Shown here: positions 24,695 to 38,516 of the stretch, one piece after another
Numbering within the stretch: position 1 is the first letter of the stretch
Layout of the letters: each line of letters opens with the position of its first letter
Source: Octopus vulgaris
Taxonomy: Eukaryota
DNA length: 64,000 nt
Direction of reading: 5' to 3'
NCBI GenBank assembly: GCA_951406725.2
Contig: OX597817.1
Location: 137,020,001-137,084,000, forward strand
Program-made: the position numbers and the translations under genes
Notes under the pieces: generated by a model
The model's database searches: none
What the model was told of the DNA's origin: nothing
What the model saw: only the letters and a program-made list of their open reading frames with translations

Positions 24695-25393
24695 TTATTT
24701 ATTTATTTATAGTGTGTATGTTAAACGCTATCTCTCACTGAATGGAGTACTTTTTTGTTGATCTTACCTTAACGGAACCGTGAACAGGTATGTATAATAT
24801 ATAAACCAACAACTGGAATAGTTACATTATTTCAAATATTTAATTCCACTCTTTCTTCTCCCTAAATCCCTTTAATTCCGTATGTTTACCGAAACAACAT
24901 TTTCCCTGAATACATTTTGAGAAAGCGAGATATTTAGCGAACGTTTATTTAAGATGTTACAACTATGAATCGCTTCTAAGTATTTACTCATCTCCTACAT
25001 TGCTAAAGACCGGCTGGAGAAGGGGTCGCAGACAGATCCTTAACCCCACCACTAACGTCACCATCATTGCTACATTTAGAAACAACACCAGCGGCTCCCC
25101 GACCTGCTAGAAATTGCAACCAGATTCCATCAAATCTTCTGACGGGAAGGACACTGATCGCCTCTGATCACAAGCCTGCTTGATCAAGGCTGACCTAGGG
25201 CTAAACAAAGAACCATGTAGTCGCTTGATGTGCTAGAAATACCAGTCTATCACAAATGTCTTAGAATTTGAAGGACTCGCTAGATTATGTAATTGATAAT
25301 GCACCGTGAGAAAAACAGAAGAGATGGTCATAACTGGAACACTTTCGAGTGATTTTTTTTCTAAACCGATTTGAGGTTAAAGAATAGAACATG

Positions 25394-25452
<59 letters not shown>

Positions 25453-26045
25453 CAACTACAAGAATAACAGCGTCAACATCATCGACGTCAGCAACAGTTG
25501 TACTAGCAGCAGCAGCAGCAGCAGCAAATGTCGAAGCTGTATGGCTCTCATTGTGTGTCTTGTATTGCGTTCAGCTGACATTATCTTGTCGGAGGTGGTG
25601 GGAGTTGATGTGGGTTACAGTAAAGGTCAACTAATTTAGGAGGGATACTGTTGTTTGCTTTTCTCACACAAAGTACAATAGACACTTCAGAAAAGGACCA
25701 GTTACATCTCAACAACATCACCATCATCAGCAACAGCATCAGCAGCATCAACAGCAACAACATTCCTTGCAGCAGTAACTATGTTTGTCATTCCCAGAAA
25801 GTTTTCAAAATAGACCGTAAAAGAGGAATCTAAACGGAGCCTTTACTATCTTTTAAAACCGCTCTTTTGAAGATAAGTGTTTTCCTTTTAGTATTTATGT
25901 AATTATTGAAATAACGGTGAAATGCTGAGCGAAATGGCGATAAGGGAAGGAAATGTTTTGTCATCACTGATTGCTACCTAGTTGTGCACTTCTCGACCTG
26001 GTATTGCAAAATCTCACCCATTTACTGCCAACAGTCTATCTTAAG

Positions 26046-26381
26046 TCGGAGAACCCCTCTTCGGTCACGAATGACCATGGGATTGCACCTAGAAAGTTAC
26101 CCGCCAAGGTACAAATCCAGGCAAGGTTGTTTATGGAAGACCAGCAGTCGCCTATGCATACCAGACTCCCTTCTCCACACCACTGATGTTACCCAAGGGA
26201 AAGGCAAAGGGGCTGATACAGCTTGGCACCGGTGATGTCGCAACTCATTTCTACAGCTGAGTGAACTGGAGCAACGTGAAATAAAGTGTCTTGCTCAAGA
26301 ACACAATACGCAGCCCGGTCCGGGATTCGAACTCACAACCTCACGGTTGTAAGTTCGATGCTCTAACCACTGCGCCTTCAC
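26046..26381 (-). mobile_element. tRNA-derived SINE (family D-related head/core, different 3' tail)
   Basis: Head ...agtggttagagcatcg...gagttcgaatcccggaccggg; core shared with the copy at 15061. Confidence 0.85.
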
Positions 26382-27226
26382 GTAAAGATTTATATTAAGC
26401 AAAGATTATATTTGTGTGCAGTCTACTCATGCTGAAAGAAAGCTTGTATTAACGCCCTCTTCATGGTTTGCTACATACGATAATAACGATCTACTCAGAT
26501 ATGTTACGAGAATGTCTAAGTTGAATTATTCCAACACAAAGAGATTATACGCAGCCTTAAAACACTGTTAAACAGCGTTGTAATTGAAAACTCAACATCA
26601 CAACTGAGAGACAAATTAGATTTACGGAGATATACTTGCATAGCGAGTGACTTGATCTGAGATCGTGTGCTGGAACGAAAACAATTGCAGCGTGGAAGGT
26701 GCTTATAAGCCATTTAAGAAACGTACAAAAGCCGTTAGATTCACTTCAACATTTAAATTTAATTTGTCAAAATATTTTCGTCGCTTTGAGACCGCGATCT
26801 GTTCATTGACAAAACTTCGTACTGCATCACTCAAATCAAATTAGATTTAGTTTCATAATTAATAATTCAATGTTGAGGTAACACACTTCTAATTCCTCGA
26901 GTCTGGCTGATTGACTTTAGACATGAAACAACCACATGTTACCCTCGCTGCGTCTTGAGCCTTGACTTTAGACATGAGTCAACTCGATTTCGCCCCCTCT
27001 CTGTCAATTTGCCTATCTGTCTGTCTGTCTGTATGTATGTATGTCTGTCTTTTTCTCTCTATCTTTTATACAGACTGTACTAACGTTTCCCTGGTAAAGT
27101 AGTCGTCACATCTGCCATATTTTACAACAAAAGGTCTTCTATAATATATCGAGTCATAAATGCCAAGTAGTAGCAGTAGTAATAGTAGTAGTAGCAGCAG
27201 CAACAACAACAACAACAGTAGTAGTA

Positions 27227-27288
<62 letters not shown>

Positions 27289-27977
27289 TGTTGTTGTTCT
27301 GGGATCGTCCATCTCATCTTTTTGAACATCAAGGATTCCATAACCCAATTTCTCCTATTTAAGATAGTATGAAAATTTGGGAGAGGTTTGGTCGCTCTTT
27401 CTAAGAGTAGCCATGCTAGTACTGTGCAGGTTATTGCAATATATACATTGGAGATTACGCAGGTAACACCCATTAGAAAATCTGCAATGAAATTGGTGAG
27501 CCGAGAAGGTTTTACATAATCTATGAAAAGATTAATCAGGATGTTCAGTGAGAAAACCATTTGTCACCTCAAACCTAACGAAGAACTCCAGTGTAGCTTG
27601 TCGTTAGAGATGAGGGAATGGTCATGGCTTATATCTATGTCTCTATATCTCTTATATCTATGTTTCTGTCTCTAAGGCAGAAAATGTAGAAGATATTGCT
27701 GACTTTAATGGCTCTAGAATTGCTATTGTCAAGAACAAGTAATTACGGTTGTGTGACGTAGAAGGAGTTTGTCATTTAGTCACCCATCCACGCAATTATT
27801 TATCCATTCATTATTTCATCCTTGAAATCTATTTCAGCCGAAATTGCGAGGATGATCCGGTTCTTGACTGAAGATAAAAGGCTTCGAATGACCCGTCCAT
27901 GTTTTTTTTTTCGTCTATCTGGATGTTTTGTTGTCCCGTTATGGCGTTCTTGTCCCATTTTGTATTTTATTTTATTT

Positions 27978-28055
<78 letters not shown>

Positions 28056-28118
28056 CGTCTGTTTGTCTGTCTATCTATCTATTTATCCATCCATCCATCT
28101 ATTCCTCTATCTATCTAT
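27978..28118. repeat. (TCTA)n microsatellite
   Basis: Directly visible. Confidence 0.97.
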
Positions 28119-29271
28119 TCTTGATAGTTTCCAGTGGCGGGTTTTGAAATCCTAATGCACCGATTCAAAAGTGATACCAAATGCATCCCCTCCGACACAA
28201 GCGGTCCCACCAATCTACCACTCCCAGATTTGTTTCTTTTTTTTATCCCAAAAGGATGAAAAGTGAAGTTGACTTCGCGTGATTTGAACTCAGAGTGAAT
28301 AATGTCGCTACAAAGAAAACCACGAGATATACTAACACACGCACGCACGCACACGCACACACACACAAACAAACACACTCACACGCACGCACGCACGCAC
28401 ACACACACACACACACATATATATACACACACACATACACAGATACACTTATAGTTCTTCCTAGACAAAAGAGAGTCATCTTTATACTTGTATCATAAAA
28501 TATGTATTTCTGCACGTACAATGGGATTATATATCTTCTACAGGAAAATACTGTGACGAATGTATATATCTCATCATACACACATACGTATACATATACA
28601 CATAATGTACACATGCACCTATACGCACACATATACACATATTTGTGTGTGTATTTCTACGAGTACGTCTGCTCTCTGACAAAACTCCACACGTAATGAA
28701 AAGATAAAAACTTAAATATTAAGCATTGTTAATTGAATCTTCATTGACCCAAAGCTTCTTGACTCTGACAACCAATAAAATTCTTTCTGCAAGCTCAATT
28801 TAAAGATCGATATTGATTATAAGGTGAAAAGTTATTGTCATCCTTGCGCTGATTCGACGACTTGGCCCACCCCACTCCCCAACATATTGATTGCCGATAA
28901 AAGCAACACAACATTCCTGACACCAATTAAAGAAGAAAAAATTGGACTCTTCCACCCAGCCCGCCTCCAACAGGCTCCAACACCAATCCCTTGCTGATAA
29001 ACACAATCCTACAAACCTATTACCATATGGTTGATTCCCATTTCTTTAACACCCTCTTACAAATCACTTTCTCTGGTTTCCTCTATATTTTAACCTCAAT
29101 TTTGTCTTAGGATCTCCTGGTTCAAATTAGCCGCGAGTTTATTCAGACCAGCATCTCCACTATCCGATAGAAACACGTTTTTTTGTCAGTGTATCTATTC
29201 ATACATACATACATACACAAATACACATACATACATACATACATACATACATACATACATACATACATACA

Positions 29272-29302
<31 letters not shown>

Positions 29303-29309
29303 TTATACA

Positions 29310-29495
29310 CATTCAGGTTTATACCTGTAACTATTGGGACATTGGGATACGTAACAAACTTCTTAAGTCCCCGACTTGAGAAATTAGATTTCTCTAAACT
29401 AAAAGGGAGAAAGCTAATTAGAAGATTACAGATTCAAGCCATCAATGGAAATGTAAAAAAAAAAGTCTTCAGAAGTTTTGTGCGCATGACTAGAT
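29310..29495 (+). mobile_element. R4-like CATA-associated LINE, short 3' ORF fragment
   Basis: FRFIPVTIGTLGYVT...LEKLDFSK...RKLIRRLQIQ matches about 32280-32430; preceded by (CATA)n. Confidence 0.85.
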
Positions 29496-30929
29496 AAGCA
29501 ACTAACCGAATGCTGCGTTATTAACTTTGAGAGTTGCTCGCACATCGACGCTCAAAGCTAATAATGCAGTATTCGGGGTTCTAATGAGACATCATTGCTA
29601 AGTTAGATATAGAGATTACTCTTTGGAATTCTATGATACTTAATTCGCTCACATATGTTTTAATTGATCCAATACACTTTTTCTATTATTTAATATGGTT
29701 TGCATACTTAATCGATCCATTTAGTGATCGAATCGACCAATTTATGGAACGTTCATTACCCGACCCATTCCCTTCAGAGCCTCTAAAATATATGTCGAAG
29801 TTTTATAAGATTGACACAATCAGAATTAGTCGAAGTGGGAAGTTGATAATGGACATATAAGATTTCCTGCCATTACTAATTACCCTGTGGCGAGTTTATA
29901 CTCTTGGGAGCTAATGTTGTTATCAGAGGTTGGAGAAGCTAAGCCTGCGAGAAAAACTATTGGAAAAAGGGTCTACATAATGTCTATATTCATTTGAAGA
30001 ACGTGTTTAAGTGTCTAAGGTTATTTGAATGCGATTCAACATTCGTAGAAGAAAGAATGTAATAAAACTACTTTTGTAAAATATCTGAGAATTTCAAGTT
30101 TACAACCGTTAAATGGAATTATCAAAAAAGAAAAAGATTATTCTACATTATATTAGATGTGATAATTATACACCTGCAATTGCAAAGTAGAATGCATTTC
30201 GAAATAGTTAGAAAAGGAGTGTTTATAACATTAATCGAAGAAGGAGAGTTATTGAAATATGATCTAAATTTCAAATTAATTCAAATCCAGATTACTTCGG
30301 AGAGGATTTCTTATAATCGTAAATGTTTCATATTTCAGGTATAATCCTCAATAATGTAACCAAGGCATTAAACTTATCTATTTGTACCCAGGTAAACTAA
30401 TCATTTAAGACTTATATATATCTTAAACACTTATATATATCTTACACATCGGGGGGATTGCTAATGTTCCTACAATTACACAATTCATTAAGCCTACAAT
30501 TTTGGGGATTTTTATTTGTGTCACTGTTGATACTATTCTTTATATTAAACGGTGAGAAATTATCGCGTTCCATATCCTAACGAGAAAAATATGAGACATT
30601 CTCACTCTTTGTCCTAACTAGATATATTTGCATCATTAGAGGTTAACGTAGGTTGTCTTCATTTTACACTCAGAATAAGAACTGATTTTTTTCCTTCGCT
30701 TCGAAAGTGATCAATCTTTCAGCATTATGACCTGCAACAATATCTGCTAGATTACTTGTGGAAGAGTATGTAAATTTATTTGACAGTATACTTATGGAAT
30801 ATTTTACTGCACATACATACATACATACATACATACATACATACATACATACATACATACATACATACATACATACATACATACATGCATAGATACATAC
30901 ATAAGCACATATAATTTCCATATTCATGT

Positions 30930-32690
30930 TAAGGAAGTCTGAAAGATATCTCACTGATTCACAAGGAAAGAGGTGTACCAAAATTACACACTGTTTCTTT
31001 GTGGATGATTTGAAACTCTATGCACGAGATTAAAAAGAGCCTCGACCTAGTTACAACATTCTTAAAGGAAGTGGGGTTCGATTTGGTCAGGATAAATGTT
31101 GTTACATGGTTTTGAAATGGGAGAAAACTGTAAACCAGATTAGCAACATATCCTTCAATGACTTGAGTATTTCCACTATATCTGACAAGGAATATTACAG
31201 GTATCTAAGGGTGGATGAAAACATATCTTACAATAGTAACTTGTAACAAAACACGTGTCGCTAAAGAATATTATAACCGAATAAAGAAAATTTGGACCCT
31301 GGAACATACTGCATTCAATAAAACAGTAGCTCACAATGTGTTTGCAGTGCCAACATCCATACCAACATTTGGGCTGCTTGATTGGACGATTGATTAGATC
31401 CGAGCCAGTGATGTGAAAACCCGGAAGATACTAAGGAGCACATATAATTTCCACATAAAAAGTGACGTAGATCGCCTCTACCTAAAACGAAAACAAGATG
31501 GCAGAGGCTTAACATCGATCCAAACTGCCTTTGAATGTTGTATCATAACCCTTCGGCAACATGTTTTAAACACCAAGTGTCGAAGTGCATCCCTTGACCA
31601 AGTTTGCACACATGAAGCTGATAACATCATAAGACTTGGAAGGCAGCTCATTGAGCAGCATCCCTTGTCAGATAACCTAGAATACATGCCCAAAGAAGTC
31701 ACACGACTCTACCGCAAAGTATCATTACATGAAAGAATGATCCTATATGAGCAAAAGACTATGCATGGATATGCTAGTAGAAAGTTCCGAGATGATAGTA
31801 ACATTGATAATCAAAGCGGTCTATCATGGACCAACAACTGGATTACTATCCACTTTGAAGGGTATGCTTTTGCAATCCAAGAACAAGAAAAGCAGTAAAT
31901 TAACACCGAAGACATCAGCCACATCATAAGCCATCGCGGTATTATCTACCGATAAGACATGATGTTGGAGCTAGGACACTTTGTAAGGAAATCCGTCGGA
32001 AGGATAATCCTGAGGACAAAGAATTAAGAACCCACAATATGGTAGAAGCCATAGCCACTCATTATAAAATGGAGCAAAGGTGGAATGTCCCAGTGAAGAC
32101 CTCAATAAAATGTAAGCACAACAGACCTGATATAAGGATTTGTGATAGAGAAGAGAAACTATGCACAGTTGTGGAAATTAACTGCCCAGTGGATGTTAGC
32201 ATAAAGCTGAAGATCAGTGAAAAAGAGAATATCTACACTGAACTATTGAGAAATATGCAGTTACTCTATCCAGATTACAAGTTCAAGTTTATACCTGTAA
32301 TTATTGGGGTCCTGGGATATGTAACACACTTCCTAAATAGCAATCTTGAGAAATTAGGCTTCTCAAAACCAGAAAGGAGAAAGATGATTCGAAAACTACA
32401 TATCCAATCCCTCACTGGAACTGTAAAAATCTGTGGAACTTTCCAGCAATATATCATTTAAATATTTATAAGGATGTCTAGATATGCAACTATATGCATG
32501 AGAATACATGCATATAGCAAAACATACAAATCTGCACACATACATACATACATACATACATACATACATACAAAAATACCCTGTTCTTGATATTGAAATT
32601 CCAGTGAAGGAGCGTTGAATCTAGGTTAGAAACCGGCTCTTTCTCTACTGGCAAGAAATCTTGAAATAGGATTGAATAATGACATATATA
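30930..32690 (+). mobile_element. R4/Dong-like LINE (RT C-terminal half, RLE, 3' UTR), 5'-truncated and degenerate
   Basis: ITHCFFVDDLKLYA; VDRLYLKRKQDGRGL; EGYAFAIQEQE; KHNRPDI...VVEINCP...FIPVIIGVLG; zinc-knuckle segment deleted; internal (CATA)n in the 3' UTR. Confidence 0.9.
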
Positions 32691-32903
32691 TATACATACG
32701 CGTGCACACACATTTATAAGGCGGCAAAAAGGGTATAGTCAAATTGGCGTAGGATGTGTGTTAGCCAACATTTCAGCCAATCCTTATCCAGGATTAAGAT
32801 AACAAGCTGAGAAAATAAGGCAGCAAAGTTTTGCTTCCTCTATATTGCTCTATGATAGAAAATGTAAAAATCTGCTGTGTTTCCTTTCTTCCTTTCGTCA
32901 TCT

Positions 32904-32939
32904 TAACTCTGAAGAAAAATCTGTCTGAAACGTTAGTTA
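32904..32939 (+). ncRNA. Minimal type I hammerhead ribozyme-like motif (Penelope type)
   Basis: TAACT-CTGAAGA-aaaatctgtct-GAAA-CG-TT-AGTTA: 5-bp stem I, intact core, palindromic AACGTT; stem II weak. Confidence 0.45.
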
Positions 32940-33939
32940 CTCCAGCTCCCCCTCCTGGAAATATCTCTGTACTGATTCGGCTGATTTACCAATACTAATA
33001 ATGAGACAGTAACAGCATTAACAGCTGTAATCTTAACTTTGACATTTGACTGTTTTAAGTATTTATTTAGTATCTCTGTAATATTTCTTCCAAAGCTTTT
33101 CACTCGTTCATCTATATTGTATATATATATTTTAATTCGTAAACCAATGTTTCATCCAATTCTTTTATCGCTTTTACTTTAACATGACACTAATGTTTTT
33201 TATTAATTTACACTCTTCAAACTTTGATTGTCTCATTTTGAAAACCGAATTTCATGTCAACCCGTGTACTAACTGTAGCAGTGTTTCTAGTTGCTTATTA
33301 TCTGCTGTGTTTAACTTTTCTCATCCATATAAAAACGCCATATGATTCTCCATTCATAGCACCAGTATATTTAAGCATGTTGTTTAATGGTATCAACATT
33401 AAAGAGAAGTCCAGCGAAATGGAGTTTTTGTTAAATAGTTACCTACGAAGATTGTCTTTGTCTTTTTAATTCCTTTTGTTTCAAATATAATTGTTTGCTA
33501 TTTATTCATAACACATCTGATGTAACTATTTATTATGGATACTCCCCTACACATAATGTTATCAGGATCAACGGCTGGAGAATGTCTTTTAGTGATTACT
33601 CCGTGCGATCCTCAAATCCTTCTTCCAAAATCTTCAGTTAAGGCTTTGGTAATCGGTGATTGATATTAATAAATTTTGCTGTGTCCCTTATATTTTTTAG
33701 AAAGTAGTCTCTTTAATTTTTCGAGGTGAGCATTTTATATTTGCCGTACAATAGCTGCGAAAGATTTTGTATAAGCATAAAGATTATTGATCTACAGATC
33801 TGGGTATTTTTTGTTTGTTTACGCTCAAGAATTTAAGATGATTTTTAAACACTTTGTGCGTTTGTTTAATGTTGCTGGAGATTTATACCTTTTTCGTGTT
33901 TTCCCGTTGTTCATGAGTAACTGTGGAGAAGCGTGGTTT

Positions 33940-34110
33940 GGGGAGGCGCATGGCTCACGGAAGTGTGTGGACCGTGGATACGCGTTGCATAATGGTTAGG
34001 GTGTTCAGCTTACGATCATAAGACCTTGGGTTCGATTCCTGGACCAAGCCGCGCGTTATGTGTTTGAGTAAGATACTTCGTTTCACCTTATCCCTGTCGA
34101 CTCAGCTGAA
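33940..34110 (+). mobile_element. tRNA-derived SINE head fragment
   Basis: ggaggcgcatggctc...tggttagggtgttcagcttacgatc...ggttcgattcctggacc. Confidence 0.7.
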
Positions 34111-34170
34111 AATTGATATTGACTGCCAACCTCTCTCTTCAGCAGTCACATTCTCGATATTCTACTGAGT

Positions 34171-34276
34171 CTACATAGATATCTAAGACAACTGGGAAAA
34201 GCATGGTGACTACATAGATATATAAGACAACTCGTGGCTACTTAGATATCTTAGACAACTGGCGAAAGCATGGTGC
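34171..34276. repeat. Three-copy imperfect tandem repeat (ctacatagatatctaagacaact core)
   Basis: Directly visible. Confidence 0.85.
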
Positions 34277-36169
34277 ACTCTCTCAAGTCCCACTTATTTG
34301 CTAGTGGCTTTTCTAAGAATGTGCAACTCCTAATTCAAGTACTATGCTGGTTTTTTTAACATTCTCACTTAGGTTTACCCACACACTAACCATACTATTC
34401 TATACAGTTCTTATATATTTCTGGCTTCTGTTGTTGCGTGGTTTTCTTTTCTTTACCCGGTTTGATGAAAAACCGTTTTGCGTTAGAATCGAAATGTTCC
34501 TGCTGTTTAAGGAATCGTTGTCTCTTTCCATAACGGCCGATTCATTGCGAAGATCGTTTATTTTAGACGTTCTTTAATTTCAGGTGTTTCTATTTTTGCG
34601 TATTACATTCACTTTATCTTTTATCAGAGATCTCTGTGGTATTTGTCTTGTTTGTTGACAGAATTTCTGTCTATTCAGTTCTAATCTCATTAACGATTCA
34701 CAGATATTCTTCTTCGCTTTTTGTTCAGGTTTGTTTTCCCCGCTTGTTTACTTCGATTTAAATATTACTAGAAGAATAGTTTTAAGGGAGTCCACAATGT
34801 TTATTGTGACCCTTCTATACAGAATACTTAATTTAGCTTTGCGATATTCAATATTCACATCTATTTTCATTAAGTCTTCGATGGCCAATTTGATGTTTTT
34901 GTTTGCTTTTTTTATTGTTGCTGTTTTTATCATGAAGGTTTTTTTTTTCTTTTATCTTTTGATCGTTCATTGAATGATGCCTCATAGATTTCAATTCTTT
35001 AATTATTTCCACGTTTGAACTGAGTTCTTTAAATATTTCCACCATTTTAAAAACATTTCCATTTTGTTTCAATTTTTCTCTTCACAAATCTTAGTTAATA
35101 TTCATATTTCTGTTTGTGATTTGGATTTTATTGGCCAGTATTCAGCAAATATATCAATGTTTGATTTTGTTTCATCATTTATTTTGCTTATCTTCCCCTT
35201 GTCTTCTCTGGAGTATACTTTCTCAATGTTTACAGCTCCAATAATTTTATTCCTGTTTGCGCATTTGTTATTTGTTTTGAATTCGTTGTCGGTATTTTCG
35301 AGATGGATTCTTTCTTTTAAATGTTTTATTTCTGTGTCTGATATCTTTAAGGATTTATAAATGAATCTTCTTAAATTACTCAGTTGGGTTTTAAATTTAC
35401 TTTCCGACTAACATTATTGTCTCTTCAAATATAACACGAATATGTTACAATTGTCTCGATTTTGTAGAAGATTAAAGCTGTGAGATATATATTCAGTATA
35501 GAAATGTATGGTTTCCGTATGTATTTATGATTTTCTGCTTGTTTGTAGTAGATGAGAAATAAATTGTGTCCCTGTATTTAAAGCTCCGTAATATCCGTAG
35601 ACTATCAGAGAATTTCGCTTACTTCAATTTTGTTCTTTTATTCTTTGCATATTCTTAAGTATGCAGTTCCTGCTTAAATTTAGACAGAAGGGTACGACTT
35701 TAATTTGTATTTTTTGTTGCTTTATATTTTTGACCGGGCTTATCTGTTGTTGATTTGAGTATACGAACTGACATGGCGAAAGAAATCGAGCGAGACGAAC
35801 GTAAAACCTGATGGATTTGCCAACCACTGTCTTTTAAGGTAAATCTTTGTCCTTGTGTTAGATAAAATCATAAGTATATATAAATATAAGCACCAAGGCG
35901 CACATGTGTTCGAAGAAAAGTATTTCAATAAGTGTATTTTGAGGTGCAGAATCACAATTGGACAGCATGTGATTTGTTCAGAGCTATGCCAAGTCAAACA
36001 ATACATCGTCTAAAAGTTTCAGTGTGAATTCGGGTGCTACTTTATAGATGTGGTTTAGTAAGGAATGATGGATGTGACAGGGTCATATGCTTTAATAACT
36101 CTCCGGAACAATTTGTTACTTGTTAGAAATATATTTGAAGTTGGATTCAATTGTTGGAAAACAATGGCT

Positions 36170-36370
36170 TCAAATTTTGTCACACGACCAGCAGTTTTTG
36201 AAGGGAAACATAAGTCGATTACATCGATCTCAGTAATCAACTGGTACTTATTCTATCGACCCTAAAAAGATGAAAGGTAAAGTCGACCTCGGTAGAATTT
36301 GAATTCAGAAAGTAAAGACGGACGAAATGCTGCGAAGCACTTTGTTTGGCGTGCTAACGATTCTATCAAT
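36170..36370 (-). mobile_element. SINE family C copy
   Basis: aaagtcgacctcggtagaatttgaattcagaaagtaaagacggacgaaatg...gcgtgctaacgattct. Confidence 0.85.
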
Positions 36371-36545
36371 GGCCCAATCCCCGCCCCATTGTTGGTAGAG
36401 GATACCTGAGTTGTGTAATTTTGGCATTTCAGTTTGCTTGTGAATCAATGTGATGTCCTTCAGATTTCTTTAACATGAATGACAAGGGGATTATAGAAAG
36501 TATAAACAAGTTCACAGAAAAGCTGTCCCCTTAGAATGTCTTTGC

Positions 36546-36547
<2 letters not shown>

Positions 36548-36576
<29 letters not shown>

Positions 36577-36790
36577 TGTATGTATGTATGTATGTATGTA
36601 TGTATGTATGTATGTATGTATGCATACATGTATGTATGTATGTATGCATACATGTATGTATGTATGTATGTATGTATGTATGTACATATGTTCGTATATA
36701 TGTATGTATGTACGTACATATGTTCGTATGTATGTATGTATGTATGTATGTATGTATGTATGTATGTATGTATGTATGTATGTATGCATG
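36548..36790. repeat. (TATG)n array at the 3' end of the adjacent LINE
   Basis: Directly visible. Confidence 0.97.
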
Positions 36791-38035
36791 TATGTATATG
36801 TGCAGATTTGTATGTTTTGCTCTATGCATATACTCTCATGCATATAGTTGCATACCTAGACATGCACATATATATTTACATGATAAATTTCTGGAAAGTT
36901 TTATAGATTTTTACAGTTCCGGTGATGACTTGGATATGTAGTCTTCGAATCAGCTTTCTTCTTTCTGAGTTTGAGAAGCCTAATTTCTCAAGATTAGTAT
37001 TTAGGCAGTATGTTACATATCTCAATAATTACAGGTAGATCCACCAATTACAGGTATAAACCTGAACTTGTAATCTGGATAGAGTAACTGCAGGTGTCTC
37101 CATAGTTCAGCATAAGTGTTCTCTTTTCCACTGATCTTCAGCTTTATGTTAACATCCACTGGGCAGCTGATTTCCACAACTGTGTGCAGTTTCTCTTCTC
37201 TATTCCAATATATCAGGTCTGTTGTGCTTACATCTTATTGAGGTCTTCACTGGAACATTCCACCAGTACTCCATTTTACTATGAGTGGCTATGGCTTCTA
37301 CCATATTGTGGGTTCTTATTTCTTTGTCATCGTTATTATCCTTCCGACGGATTTCATTATAAAGTGCCCTAGCTCCAACATCGTGTCTCATCGGTAGATA
37401 ATACCGTGATGACTCTTTCGGACAATTGTTTGTGATGTGGGTGATACTTTCAGTGTGACTTCGACAAAGTCTGCATCGGTTGTCACATTTTACTGCTTTT
37501 CCTGCATCTCTATCCCTCTGGTGTATCAGGTACTTGGTTGATATTTCTTGTTCCTGGATTTCAAACGCATACCCTTTGAAGTGGGAGTCAGTAATCCGGT
37601 TGTTGGTCCATGATAGACTGCTTTGATGATTGATGTTATAATCATCATGGAGCTTTCTATATTTATGCATAGTCTTCTGCTGATGTATGCCCATCCTTTC
37701 ATCTGATGATACGTTGAGCTAGAGTCGTGTAACTTCTTTGGGCATGTATTTAAGGTTATCAGACAAAGAGTGTCGCTCAAGGAGCGGCCTTCCAAGTCTT
37801 ATGATGTTATCAGCTTCATGTATGCAAACTTGATCAAGGGATGCACTTCGACACTTTGTGGTTAAAAGATGTTGCCGAAGGGATATGATACAACATTCAA
37901 AGGCAGTTTGGATCGATGTTAAGCCTCTCGTTTTAGGTTGAGGCGGTCTACGTCACTGTCGATGTGGAAGTTATGTGTGCTCGGTAGTACCTTCCGGGTT
38001 TTCACATCACTGGCTCGGATCTAATCAAGCCTCCA
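36790..38035 (-). mobile_element. R4/Dong-like LINE, same family as 30930-32690
   Basis: Retains the CCHC knuckle CRLCRSHTESITHITNNC, RHDVGARALY and KHNRPDI; colinear with about 31375-32540. Confidence 0.92.
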
Positions 38036-38289
38036 ATCAAGCCCAAGTGCTGGTATTCGATTCCTTGGCAACCTATAAGCACTTGAGATTCTTAGCAGCT
38101 CCTAGAACCTCTGGTCGCTCGGATTTCGTTCCACCTCCATGGAGAGGTCAGATTGTCCTACGGGATACTGGGGCCCATTTCTTCGCGTTGTTGTAGCTTT
38201 CGAATGAAGCCACGCCGTTTGTTAGGCAAACAGCCATGCTTGCCTCTTCAGTTTAGTTTGTTTTCAACGTCTAGCTAATAGACTACGTA

Positions 38290-38432
38290 TTCGCTTCAGC
38301 GAAACAGACATTCCGTAGGGTCAGTAGTCCGGTACTTTTGTAATGAATACGATGTGTTGGAAGAATTCTATGACGAGCTTGAGAAAGCGTTATCACCGTA
38401 GTGATAGATTTCGACGCAAAAAAAGCCGGACA

Positions 38433-38516
<84 letters not shown>

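Larger units (their letters stand above)
33200..35400 (-). mobile_element. Very old, degenerate retroelement-like relic
   Basis: Lys/Asn-rich broken frames with LMLIPLNNML, DMKFGF and NISILTQNGF..KR resembling RT/endonuclease motifs; weak. Confidence 0.3.
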
